Source of the DNA: Candidatus Poseidoniales archaeon
Lineage (GTDB): Archaea > Thermoplasmatota > Poseidoniia > Poseidoniales > Poseidoniaceae
DNA length: 58,627 bases
NCBI GenBank assembly: GCA_009887135.1
Contig: QXYA01000112.1
Coordinates: 1-58,627, forward strand
Reading direction: 5' to 3'
Part shown: positions 36,926 to 45,660 of the stretch, in pieces
Position numbering within the stretch: the stretch's first letter is position 1
Layout of the letters: the number at the start of each line of letters is the position of its first letter
The notes under the pieces: generated by a model
What the model saw: the letters and a program-made list of their open reading frames with translations, nothing else
Told to the model about the DNA's origin: nothing
The model's database searches: none
Made by a program: the position numbers and the translations under genes

Positions 36926-37542
36926 GCCTTCTTTCCAAGAATTGCCAATGTACCTGGCTTTCCATCTTGAGCATTCGCTCGCCAAGCATGGATCTCTTGG
37001 AATCCAACATCCTTCCACATCTGAATCCATTCGTTTTCTGAAAATGTCGACATATGAACATCAAGAGCTTCAGGCCATCCAAGGCTGTCTTCATGTTCTG
37101 CATAATGATCGATACCAATTACAGCCCAGCCATTTTGTTCTAACCAATCATCATGTATGGATTGCAGCATATTCTTTGGGTCTTTGAGATAATACAGAAA
37201 TTCCATTGAATGAACAAATTGATACGTTTTATCAGGTTTCGTTTCAGGGAATTTAGCACAATGATAAGCATTGATGAAATCGACTTCCTTTGCTTTCTCA
37301 ATCATATGATCTGCACCATCATAGCCAACGGCTTCAACGCATGCAGGATGCTGGGATAGTTTCCTTACAACCCAACCATTTCCGCACCCGAGATCTACCG
37401 CTGAAAAGGCTACTCGATCAGTTAACACTCGTTCTAAAGCAACATCAATCATTTCATTGACAGCGCCCGCATGACCTCGTTCCATCCCTTCATCCTTACC
37501 GAGATGCGCCCATTGATTGAACACGTCCGTTGCTTCCTTCAT
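36922..37542 (-). CDS. Class I SAM-dependent methyltransferase
   Basis: Motif I is AVDLGCGNGWVVRKL. Start set at ATG 37542 (MKEATDVFNQW). Its 3' end overlaps the addA-like stop by 4 nt in convergent orientation. Confidence 0.75.
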   Translation of the reverse strand: MKEATDVFNQWAHLGKDEGMERGHAGAVNEMIDVALERVLTDRVAFSAVDLGCGNGWVVRKLSQHPACVEAVGYDGADHMIEKAKEVDFINAYHCAKFPETKPDKTYQFVHSMEFLYYLKDPKNMLQSIHDDWLEQNGWAVIGIDHYAEHEDSLGWPEALDVHMSTFSENEWIQMWKDVGFQEIHAWRANAQDGKPGTLAILGKKA

Positions 37543-37611
37543 GACTCTCCGAAGGGGTAGGTGAAAAAAAGGCATCGAAAGCAACATCATCCGACTTCAC
37601 TTGGAAGTATC

Positions 37612-38571
37612 ATGAGCATCAACACACAATCAATCGACGACGTCTTGTTTCCCAAGATTGAGGCATATTCAACCGGTATGCTAGCGGTTTCACAACGACA
37701 CACAATTGCTTGGGAATGCAGCGGAAATCCAGATGGGATTCCAGTCATTGTCATTCACGGTGGACCAGGCGGCGGAAGCCAACCATCGTACCGCCGGTAT
37801 TTTGATCCACAGAAATGGAACATCGTTCAATTTGACCAACGAGGCTGTGGCCAATCAACCCCATATGCAGACCTTGAAGAAAATACAACCATGCATCTGG
37901 TTTCAGATATTGAAGCTCTACGTGAACATTTTGGAATTGAAACGTGGCACGTCTTTGGAGGTTCATGGGGATCAACACTCGCCCTCATCTATGGCCAAAA
38001 CCATCCAGAACGTGTTCGTTCTTTCATATTGAGGGGGATCTTCATGTGTCGAAAATCTGAACTTCACTGGTTCTATCAAGATGGAGCAAGCCATGTCTTC
38101 CCTGATGCCTTTGAGCCTTATCACAATCACATTCCTGAAGGTGAACAAGATGCGCTTATTCCTGCATATTACAAGCGGCTAACAGACGAAGATGTAGACG
38201 TCAGGAGGGCCGCTGCTAAGGAATGGACACGTTGGGAAATGGCAACGAGTCGCCTCTTCCCAGATCCGTCCTATCTCGAAAAGGCAGAGGATCTTGACTT
38301 CGCAGTTGCATTCGCTCGAATAGAATGTCACTATTTCATCAATGGAATATTCGTTGAAGAAGCTTACATACTGAATAATTCGTCAATTATCGAACATATT
38401 CCTGCTGTAATTGTACAGGGCCGATACGACATGGTTTGTCCAGTGAAAAGTGCATGGGAATTGCACAAAGAATTGCCAGCTTCAGAACTTATCATTGTTC
38501 CAGATGCTGGTCATTCGATGGGTGAAGTTTCGATTGCAAAGTCCTTAGTGGATGCGACCAATACCATTTAG
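37612..38571 (+). CDS. pip: Proline iminopeptidase (prolyl aminopeptidase)
   Basis: VIHGGPGGG is present, along with the nucleophile elbow GGSWGSTLAL and the C-terminal DAGHS. Start set at ATG 37612. Confidence 0.9.
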   Translation: MSINTQSIDDVLFPKIEAYSTGMLAVSQRHTIAWECSGNPDGIPVIVIHGGPGGGSQPSYRRYFDPQKWNIVQFDQRGCGQSTPYADLEENTTMHLVSDIEALREHFGIETWHVFGGSWGSTLALIYGQNHPERVRSFILRGIFMCRKSELHWFYQDGASHVFPDAFEPYHNHIPEGEQDALIPAYYKRLTDEDVDVRRAAAKEWTRWEMATSRLFPDPSYLEKAEDLDFAVAFARIECHYFINGIFVEEAYILNNSSIIEHIPAVIVQGRYDMVCPVKSAWELHKELPASELIIVPDAGHSMGEVSIAKSLVDATNTI

Positions 38572-38641
38572 CCTCAATACATTGTCTAAGTGGGAAATCG
38601 TGAGTATATATGTGATAAGGGAGAAGGAAGGAGTTCTCATC

Positions 38642-40381
38642 ATGGCAAGAGATTCAGGTCATGGGACTGGTAATTCTTTTCGATTGTTTATCTACCTGGG
38701 AATGCTATTATTGATGCCTATGAGTGGTATAGCAGAAAACGACACAATCCCGTCCGTTGACTGCTCCACAATCTCGGTGGAAGCTGATTCTGAAACCGAC
38801 TGCACTATTGATCTAAGCGACTATCCTGGAGTGTCTTCAATTCGATATGAATATGTTCTTTCTTCTACGAATACAGAATCTGTTTCATCTGTGATCGACA
38901 CAGGAGCTGCTCATACTTGTGGTATACTTGAAAATGGTTCAGCAATGTGTTGGGGGCGAGATACATATGGCCAACTTGGAGATGGCGGAGAGGCTACAAA
39001 CAATATCAGGCCGAGCACGTATGTCGATGTGCCAAACGATGTCACGATTTCACAAATCTTTACTGGGCCCTACAGGACGTGTGTACTTCTTAGCAACGAT
39101 GGAACAAATTGCTGGGGATTTAACGAAAATGGTCAAAGCGGCGATGAATCCACAAATACCTACAAATCACCAACGAATCCTGTGAATTTCCCAGATGGAC
39201 GAGTTGCTAAATCAATAGGAATGGGGCATAAACACACATGTGCAATTTTAGATAACGACCAACTTGCTTGCTGGGGTGCTGATTTGTACGGTGCTCTAGG
39301 AAACGGGGAATCAACTTCTGAAGATGAATATGCGCCCGTCATCATATCCACTCCGGCAGATCGAACAACGGTTAAGGTTGAAGCAGGAGTAAGCCATACG
39401 TGTATTCTCATGGATGATGGAGGAATTATGTGTTGGGGTAGAGACAATGTGGGACAACTCGGCAATGGAGAGAGTAACCCAACCGCATACGCTCCTGCAT
39501 CAGATACCATATTGCCAGAAGGAAGAGTTGCAATGGATCTTTCTGTTGGTAATGAGCACGCATGTGCAATTTTAGACAACGGTTCAGCGGTTTGTTGGGG
39601 AATGAATAACTACGGGCAACTTGGAGATAATTCTACAACGAATGCCAAAAGCCCAACGTTTGTACATTTGCCAAATGGAACTAAAGCGACTAAGATCAGT
39701 TCTGGATCTGCACATACATGTGCAACAATTGACAATGGAAGTTTGTATTGTTGGGGGCACAACAAAAATAGTCGCTTAGGCATTGGTACGAGCGGAGGAG
39801 TTCACACAATCCCAATGTTTGTATCTGCAAATCAAAGCATCGTCGAAATTAGTGCTTCAGCGGAACACACATGTGTTCTTTCTGAGAACGGGTCAATCTC
39901 CTGTTGGGGGCGTAATAATTACGGTCAACTAGGATTGGGACATACCGGTGAACGAAATACCCCAAATCAATTAGATTGGAACATTGCTCCATTTTCATCC
40001 ACATATGGTCCTGCTCCAGTTGAGGCGTGGGAAGATGAACAACCCTTGAGAGGACGAGCAACTTCTGGCGAGAATAATGTTTGGACTGTTCGCCTGGAAG
40101 TTCCTGAAACGAGCGAATTAGGAACCTATGATTTGGAAATTACACTTCTGAAAATAGGGGGTGTACGATCGACTTTGATTATAGATGAAGCCCTTCAAAT
40201 TTCAGAGAAGACTGCGGCCGATGAATCGGACGAGCGAACCCTGATGTACATGGCGATAGGAGGAGGAGTGGTTGTATTGCTTTTATTGTCCTTATTATTC
40301 AGGAAAAAGGATACTGAATCACCAGCTCGTTCAGAAATAAAGAAACATAAGCCCCAAGAAGGGCCATCTCAGAAGTTCTAG
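38642..40381 (+). CDS. Secreted, C-terminally anchored RCC1-repeat (seven-bladed propeller) protein
   Basis: The N-terminus is hydrophobic (FRLFIYLGMLLLMPMSGIA). Seven repeats of the form H(T/A)C.(I/L)..(N/D)G...CWG.N.YGQLG are present. The C-terminal TM is MYMAIGGGVVVLLLLSLLF followed by RKK. Start set at ATG 38642, which follows GGAAGGAG. Confidence 0.8.
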   Translation: MARDSGHGTGNSFRLFIYLGMLLLMPMSGIAENDTIPSVDCSTISVEADSETDCTIDLSDYPGVSSIRYEYVLSSTNTESVSSVIDTGAAHTCGILENGSAMCWGRDTYGQLGDGGEATNNIRPSTYVDVPNDVTISQIFTGPYRTCVLLSNDGTNCWGFNENGQSGDESTNTYKSPTNPVNFPDGRVAKSIGMGHKHTCAILDNDQLACWGADLYGALGNGESTSEDEYAPVIISTPADRTTVKVEAGVSHTCILMDDGGIMCWGRDNVGQLGNGESNPTAYAPASDTILPEGRVAMDLSVGNEHACAILDNGSAVCWGMNNYGQLGDNSTTNAKSPTFVHLPNGTKATKISSGSAHTCATIDNGSLYCWGHNKNSRLGIGTSGGVHTIPMFVSANQSIVEISASAEHTCVLSENGSISCWGRNNYGQLGLGHTGERNTPNQLDWNIAPFSSTYGPAPVEAWEDEQPLRGRATSGENNVWTVRLEVPETSELGTYDLEITLLKIGGVRSTLIIDEALQISEKTAADESDERTLMYMAIGGGVVVLLLLSLLFRKKDTESPARSEIKKHKPQEGPSQKF

Positions 40382-40493
40382 AATCGCCAAGGCGTTTACA
40401 TTTGTAGTCACGCAAAAACAGTCTCAATGAAGCGTCGGCTTCATAGTGTATAGGCGGCTGGGATGAATCGGAGGCATTCCTCCAGGTGAGTAA

Positions 40494-41264
40494 ATGACTG
40501 AAGAAGGGACAATCACTCCAGAAATTCAAATCAATCAACTTGAAGACGCTTTAGCAACGGAAACAGACCGTTTGAAGAAGCTCTTCGCTGCATACGAAGC
40601 GCAAGAAAAAGAACTTGTAGATACACGTGCAGAAATCGAAGTTCTTGAGAAAGAAATTATCGATAAAGAAATAGAGCGCGAAGCACAAGAATCACTCATT
40701 GCTGAAAAGGATTTCAGAATACGTGAACTCGAGATGAAGGCTACCAAGGCCGACAAGCGCGTCGAACATCTTCAACCAGCTCTCCAAACAATGGAAGAGA
40801 AATACTCACGTGAGAAAGACCGTCTCGGTAAAGTCTTCGGAATTGCAGAAGAACTTGACAATGATCTGAAACTCGCAGTTACTGAAATGAAGGCTCGAGA
40901 CGATTGGTATGTGTCTCACATGACACTCTTCGAAGACCTCAACAAGGCCATCAAGGAACGATATGAGATGATTGAACGAGCAGTTGAATCTGAACGACAA
41001 TCTCAACATATGTCTCGTGCATTCACAGAAAGAATGGATGAGATGGTCGAAGCCCGAGCAGAAGAAATGACGAATCAAGAGCCTGAAGCACCCGCTGAAG
41101 AGGCAGATGAACCTGAAGAAGTCGTTGAAGAAGCACCTGCTGAAGAACCAGTCGAAGAACCTCAAGAGGAAACTCCTGAAGAATCCGTTGAAGAAGAAGT
41201 TGTTGAAACTTCTGAAGAACCTGCAACATGGAACGCTGATGTCGACCCATGGGCAGACAATTGA
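40494..41264 (+). CDS. Coiled-coil protein with a Pro/Glu-rich acidic tail
   Basis: The N-terminal 180 aa look heptad-like and are rich in charged residues (EIEVLEKEIIDKEIEREAQESLIAEKD). The tail is EEAPAEEPVEEPQEETPEE and ends PATWNADVDPWADN. An SD-like AGGTGAG precedes the ATG. Confidence 0.5.
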   Translation: MTEEGTITPEIQINQLEDALATETDRLKKLFAAYEAQEKELVDTRAEIEVLEKEIIDKEIEREAQESLIAEKDFRIRELEMKATKADKRVEHLQPALQTMEEKYSREKDRLGKVFGIAEELDNDLKLAVTEMKARDDWYVSHMTLFEDLNKAIKERYEMIERAVESERQSQHMSRAFTERMDEMVEARAEEMTNQEPEAPAEEADEPEEVVEEAPAEEPVEEPQEETPEESVEEEVVETSEEPATWNADVDPWADN

Positions 41265-41269
41265 GGTGA

Positions 41270-42127
41270 TTGAAGTTGGGAGGCCTCGCTCAAGGAGGTC
41301 ATGCTCCTGTTGGTACATTTTTAGTGGCAGGCATTGCAATTCTTGTGGGTGGAATCTATCTTGATTCTCTGTACGGCCTAATGCCTTTAGCAGGAGTTCT
41401 TTGCCTCATGGTTTCAGTCTTCTTTGCCAATTTCTGGAGAGATCCCGACCGACCAATTCCACAAGAGAAAGGCATCTTGGTTTCACCTGCAGATGGACAC
41501 GTAATGTTCGCCCGCAGAGAGCGACCAACAGGCCGCCGCCCATCGAAAGAAGAACGAGAATCTTCATCGATTGAAACAGATGTTCACACAGGTGATTGGT
41601 TCCCACAACCATGCGAGAATCCACTGGAATTCACTACAGAACAACGATTTGAACCTGCAGATACGCCAGGCCCAGATGATGTTTGGAGAGTTGCAATCTT
41701 CATGTCTCCACTTGATGTTCACGTCAACCGTGTTCCTTTCAGTTCTACGATTGTTGCTATGGAGCACAGAACCGGGAAGGGGCGAAGGAGAGGTCCTTTT
41801 GCAGCAGCCTTCCGTAAAGAAAGCGAATACAATGAGCGAGTTCGAACAGTTCTGGAAGGCGAAGATGGGGGGCGAATCGAAGTCATGCAGATTTCAGGGG
41901 CACTCGCTAGAACGATTGTTCCATGGACAGGTATTGGAGATTCGCTTCGACGTGGCGAACGATACGGTATGATCCGATTAGGGAGCCGCGTTGATGTTCG
42001 TGTTCCAGCATCATTGTACACTCCGAATGTAATTTCAGCAGAGGATGGAGATTCTGCTTATCCTAAAGGCCAATTCATCAAAGCAGGATTAGATATTATC
42101 TTCAAACCAATAACGGAAGAAGAGTAA
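41270..42127 (+). CDS. psd: Phosphatidylserine (archaetidylserine) decarboxylase proenzyme
   Basis: FWRDPDRPIP and FMSPLDVHVNRVP are present, along with the self-cleavage-type motif RLGSRVDV. Membrane helices lie at the N-terminus. The start is a TTG and is uncertain. Confidence 0.85.
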   Translation: MKLGGLAQGGHAPVGTFLVAGIAILVGGIYLDSLYGLMPLAGVLCLMVSVFFANFWRDPDRPIPQEKGILVSPADGHVMFARRERPTGRRPSKEERESSSIETDVHTGDWFPQPCENPLEFTTEQRFEPADTPGPDDVWRVAIFMSPLDVHVNRVPFSSTIVAMEHRTGKGRRRGPFAAAFRKESEYNERVRTVLEGEDGGRIEVMQISGALARTIVPWTGIGDSLRRGERYGMIRLGSRVDVRVPASLYTPNVISAEDGDSAYPKGQFIKAGLDIIFKPITEEE

Positions 42128-42144
42128 TCTCAAGAGGGGATATC

Positions 42145-43311
42145 ATGCTAGACCGTCATTCATCAACACTCCTCGGCGGAGATGAAAAGAGTCTGAAAAT
42201 TCACGACTTGGTCAAAGCTCCTGCAAATACTCCTTGGGCGAAAGAGCGTCAACAATCGTGGGATGCGAGTAAACCAGCTACTGTATATCACACTCCAGAA
42301 ATGACTGCTAATGGAGAGCCATGTACTGCTGTTACAGTTATCCTAAGAACGAAAGGATGCCATTGGTGGTGGTCTTCAGGATGTACATTCTGCGGGTATT
42401 TTAACGATACACGAGATGACGTAACAAGTGATGATCTTCACGCACAATGGAATGAAGCGAAGAAAAAGTACAACGATTTCGAAGGTCATTCGATGGTTAA
42501 AGTCTACACTTCAGGCTCCCTTCTTGAAGATCGTGAAATCCCGGTCGATTTCCAGGAAACTGTTCTAACCGACTGCCATACCCTTGGGAAAGAATTGATT
42601 GTAGAAAGCCGCACTGAACAACTAACAGACGAAAAGTTAGCCTGGGCATCTTCACTGAACCCATCATTTACTGTTGCTATTGGCTTGGAAGCATACGACG
42701 ACGAGGTCCTTCGCTTCCACGTCAACAAAGGATTTTCTGTCGCTTCTTGGGACAGAGCTGTCGAACGTCTGGAAAAATATAATTTGAGAATTAAAACATA
42801 TTTGATGTTCAAACCACCGTTCATGAGTGAAGCTGATGCATTGGACCACTGCATAAAGTGGATTGAATCCGTAGCAGAACAAAGCGATGAAATTTCAATA
42901 AATCCAATGAATATTCAACGAGGGACAGTCATTGATCGCCTTCACCGTCATCAAGAATACAGGCCTCCATGGCTGTGGTCATTGGTTGAACTCATCCAGA
43001 AGAGCCATCATATCGTCCATCCAAAGGGCGGAATGAATGGTGATGAAGACCAGATTTCCCGCCTTATTATTCATCCAACCGCTGGCGGTAAAATCAGAGG
43101 CTCCCACAACTGTGGCGAATGCGATCCTGAAGTCGTAGCGGCAATTGAGAGATATGCTGTTTCGGGCTCATTGGATGAATTCACAGGTCTTGATTGTGAA
43201 TGTAAATCACTCTGGAGCAAGGAATTAGAAAACGACCGAACAATCCCTGTTCCATTAGGAACTTCTCGACCGCGGAGAGGCTCGATTATCGAAATGCTCC
43301 GCTCATCTTAG
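42145..43311 (+). CDS. Radical-SAM-like Fe-S protein of the COG1244/TIGR01210 type (RaSEA-like, possible role in archaeosine synthesis)
   Basis: The cysteine cluster is GCHWWWSSGCTFCGYF (C-x8-C-x2-C). VYTSGSLLEDREIP and the later IGLEAYDDEVL fit my memory of this family. Functional assignment is by family only. Confidence 0.6.
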   Translation: MLDRHSSTLLGGDEKSLKIHDLVKAPANTPWAKERQQSWDASKPATVYHTPEMTANGEPCTAVTVILRTKGCHWWWSSGCTFCGYFNDTRDDVTSDDLHAQWNEAKKKYNDFEGHSMVKVYTSGSLLEDREIPVDFQETVLTDCHTLGKELIVESRTEQLTDEKLAWASSLNPSFTVAIGLEAYDDEVLRFHVNKGFSVASWDRAVERLEKYNLRIKTYLMFKPPFMSEADALDHCIKWIESVAEQSDEISINPMNIQRGTVIDRLHRHQEYRPPWLWSLVELIQKSHHIVHPKGGMNGDEDQISRLIIHPTAGGKIRGSHNCGECDPEVVAAIERYAVSGSLDEFTGLDCECKSLWSKELENDRTIPVPLGTSRPRRGSIIEMLRSS

Positions 43312-43413
43312 AACACCAAATATACGGCCTTGTTCGATGGATGGCTTAGTGAATGTTTATCACCACGTTTCAAGTCGCAAACATGTCCATCTCGGATTCA
43401 TTTAGGTGATGCA

Positions 43414-43686
43414 ATGTCGAACAGTACAGAACTCCCCGATGCAGTCATAGGAACTGCGGAACCATCGTCCAGTCGAATTATGTTGGTTTTACTCTCTGTA
43501 GTGGCCATTGGTATGTTCGGCCTCTTTAGTACAATCTTTGGATGGGACAACATTCCAGTCATAGGGGATATCGTTCCATTAATGTCAAATCTTGGCGGTT
43601 CGGGAATCTGGTATTATCTTCTTGGATTCATTATTGGAATTGGAGCGATTGCCTCCACATTAGCGGGAGAGGTAATCTCGAAGTAG
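43414..43686 (+). CDS. Small two-TM membrane protein
   Basis: Start set at ATG 43414 (MSNSTELPD). The helices are IMLVLLSVVAIGMFGLFSTIF and WYYLLGFIIGIGAIASTLA. It ends 9 nt before the next membrane-protein gene. Confidence 0.45.
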   Translation: MSNSTELPDAVIGTAEPSSSRIMLVLLSVVAIGMFGLFSTIFGWDNIPVIGDIVPLMSNLGGSGIWYYLLGFIIGIGAIASTLAGEVISK

Positions 43687-43695
43687 GTGATTTGA

Positions 43696-45660
43696 ATGGA
43701 AGCAGTATTTATCGCATTATTTTTCTTCTTTACCGTCGTTGGGTTTTCAACGTTCTATCTCCAGAAAGGAATTGGCACCATGGCCGATCCTATGCGCCAA
43801 TTTGGATTGTTCCTTCTCAACAAAGCACCAGCAGGTATTGTTGATTTGTTCAATGACGAAAAGGGCAGTGGAGCAAAGACTTGGATGAACCTTGGAATGA
43901 TTTGGCTGACTCTTGCAGCTATTGGAACATTCCTTTCCCTTTGGCATGATTATGATCCAGCCGCACTTGACTCTCTTGCGAGTATCGGATGGGCATATGA
44001 TGACGGCAGTGCCCTCGCCACATTTGTTAACGCAACTCTAATCACAGGTCTTTTCTCTATTCTTCTCGGTGGCGGTCTAGTTGCAGTTGCTCGAAGTGGC
44101 GCAGGTAAAATGGCCAGTGAGTCAAATGCGAGTCTGACTGCGCTTCTCTTCAGCGTACTCACTGCAGCAGCTCTTCTCCTTCCAACAATTCTCGGCCTTC
44201 TGGCTGACCTTAGCGCTGAAAATGAAACACTTCTCCAAGATCTGTTTATGCATTCTCTGCGGGCATTCATCATCATCGCAGTTATGATCAACGTTCTTCT
44301 TACAGTTGCTCAACGCAAGGGTGAGACTATTCAGGCGAGTAATTGGTTCGTCTTTATGGCTCTTGCATCCTTCATCTTCGGTTCACAATTCCGATTCTTT
44401 GGTGAATTAGCCGACTCTACACAAGTTGTTTGGCTTGGTGAAAGAATGACTCAATCTTGGGTTATGATTTCTCTATTCTTTGCAGTTGCATATCATCTTG
44501 TTCCACGTGCGGCAAGCCGTCCAATATGGTCTGATTCAATGACAAAGGCCAGCATGCTCCTTCTCTTCTTTACGCTTCCACCGTTCATGATGTCCTCTGC
44601 AGACGCAGGTACGCTACTCGAGAATCTCGGTGCTATTCTAATGACGCTTGCACTTCTGCCTATTTTCGCAGGTTCAGTCAATATCATCATGACTGCAGCA
44701 GGAAACGCCACTGGCATAATTGCTCGACCTGGGGCTATGGCAGCAACTCTCGCAATGATTGCATTCCCAATCTTTGCCATCGGAGGCTACTTCACTTCCC
44801 TGGATGTTTTCATCGGGCTGGGAACACTCAATGACATGGCTACAACCGTCGATATCGGATTCCTATGGACTGTAGGTGGACTGATGGCAGTTGCTTGTAT
44901 CAGTGAATCATATCCACTTGCTGCAAACCGTCAATTGGCCTCTTCTTCCTCTGCATCTCTAACCACACTCTTCGTCGCCTTTGGTGGCATCACTTCGACC
45001 GTTGCAAAGATCATGGGAGACTTCACCGAAAAGGCACTTCTCGAATCTGGCAGTGAAGACATTGTAATGACCGATGGCGGATTTAGTTTAACGGCAGCAG
45101 TTCTATTCTATGTCGCCTCGATTGGTATCATTCTCCTTTTCATGAATCTCATTCGAACTTCTGTCGGTGGAATGAAGACCGATACGACCGCATCCACAAC
45201 CTCTGACATTGCTCGTTACTCTCTTCAGACAGGTGAATCCTCAATCCGTAAACTCTTGCAACGAGGCGTCGGTGTCGATACTGTTCTCGTAGTTGGTGCG
45301 GATGTTGAAGATGACGGAGGGGTCGAAATAATCGAAGTTTCCTCAACACTTCACAATGATGAAATCTCAGAGTTCCCGGTCGTCAAAACCGAACTTGAGA
45401 TGCTTTCAGACTATTTGGAAAAGAAGAACATGACCATCTTCGAATTCTTTAGATCCATTGATTTGGACGATTCAGGAAACATCGATGGATTTGAATTACA
45501 ACAGGCTCTCATCAATTCTAACATTGCAGACCTTCCTCCATGGGATGTGATTAAGCTCATGGAAATGATCGACCTCGATGGTGATGGTAGAATCAACCTT
45601 CCTGAATTAGATATTGCAATTGCCCGAGTTCGACCAAACCCATTCTCTGAAGAAGAGTGA
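43696..45660 (+). CDS. Polytopic membrane protein resembling a ligand-less heme-copper-oxidase/NOR subunit I, fused to a C-terminal EF-hand pair
   Basis: At least ten hydrophobic helices are present. The segment AVAYHLVPRAASRPIWSDSM...LLPIFAGSVNIIMTAAG...LNDMATTVDIGFLWTVGG parallels, from memory, CcoN MYYFVPKQAERPVYSYRL...LLAPSWGGMINGMMTLSG...HYTDWTIGHVHAGALG, but without the histidines. Two canonical EF loops are present: DLDDSGNIDGFE (45460..45495) and DLDGDGRINLPE (45571..45606). Confidence 0.6.
   Translation: MEAVFIALFFFFTVVGFSTFYLQKGIGTMADPMRQFGLFLLNKAPAGIVDLFNDEKGSGAKTWMNLGMIWLTLAAIGTFLSLWHDYDPAALDSLASIGWAYDDGSALATFVNATLITGLFSILLGGGLVAVARSGAGKMASESNASLTALLFSVLTAAALLLPTILGLLADLSAENETLLQDLFMHSLRAFIIIAVMINVLLTVAQRKGETIQASNWFVFMALASFIFGSQFRFFGELADSTQVVWLGERMTQSWVMISLFFAVAYHLVPRAASRPIWSDSMTKASMLLLFFTLPPFMMSSADAGTLLENLGAILMTLALLPIFAGSVNIIMTAAGNATGIIARPGAMAATLAMIAFPIFAIGGYFTSLDVFIGLGTLNDMATTVDIGFLWTVGGLMAVACISESYPLAANRQLASSSSASLTTLFVAFGGITSTVAKIMGDFTEKALLESGSEDIVMTDGGFSLTAAVLFYVASIGIILLFMNLIRTSVGGMKTDTTASTTSDIARYSLQTGESSIRKLLQRGVGVDTVLVVGADVEDDGGVEIIEVSSTLHNDEISEFPVVKTELEMLSDYLEKKNMTIFEFFRSIDLDDSGNIDGFELQQALINSNIADLPPWDVIKLMEMIDLDGDGRINLPELDIAIARVRPNPFSEEE

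Noticed and set aside
40806-41339. Long antisense and alternate-frame ORFs over acidic or repetitive coding regions: 40806..41339, 41023..41250, 41107..41364, 10729..11082, 1177..1530, 39160..39579 and 43950..44291.
   Set aside because: These are shadow ORFs of clearly coding genes on the other strand or frame, with low-complexity translations and no independent signals.
43696-45660. A functional terminal oxidase or NO reductase catalytic subunit.
   Set aside because: Only three His occur in the membrane domain, and none sits at the positions aligned with the heme/CuB ligands. No subunit II/III or cytochrome c partner genes are adjacent.
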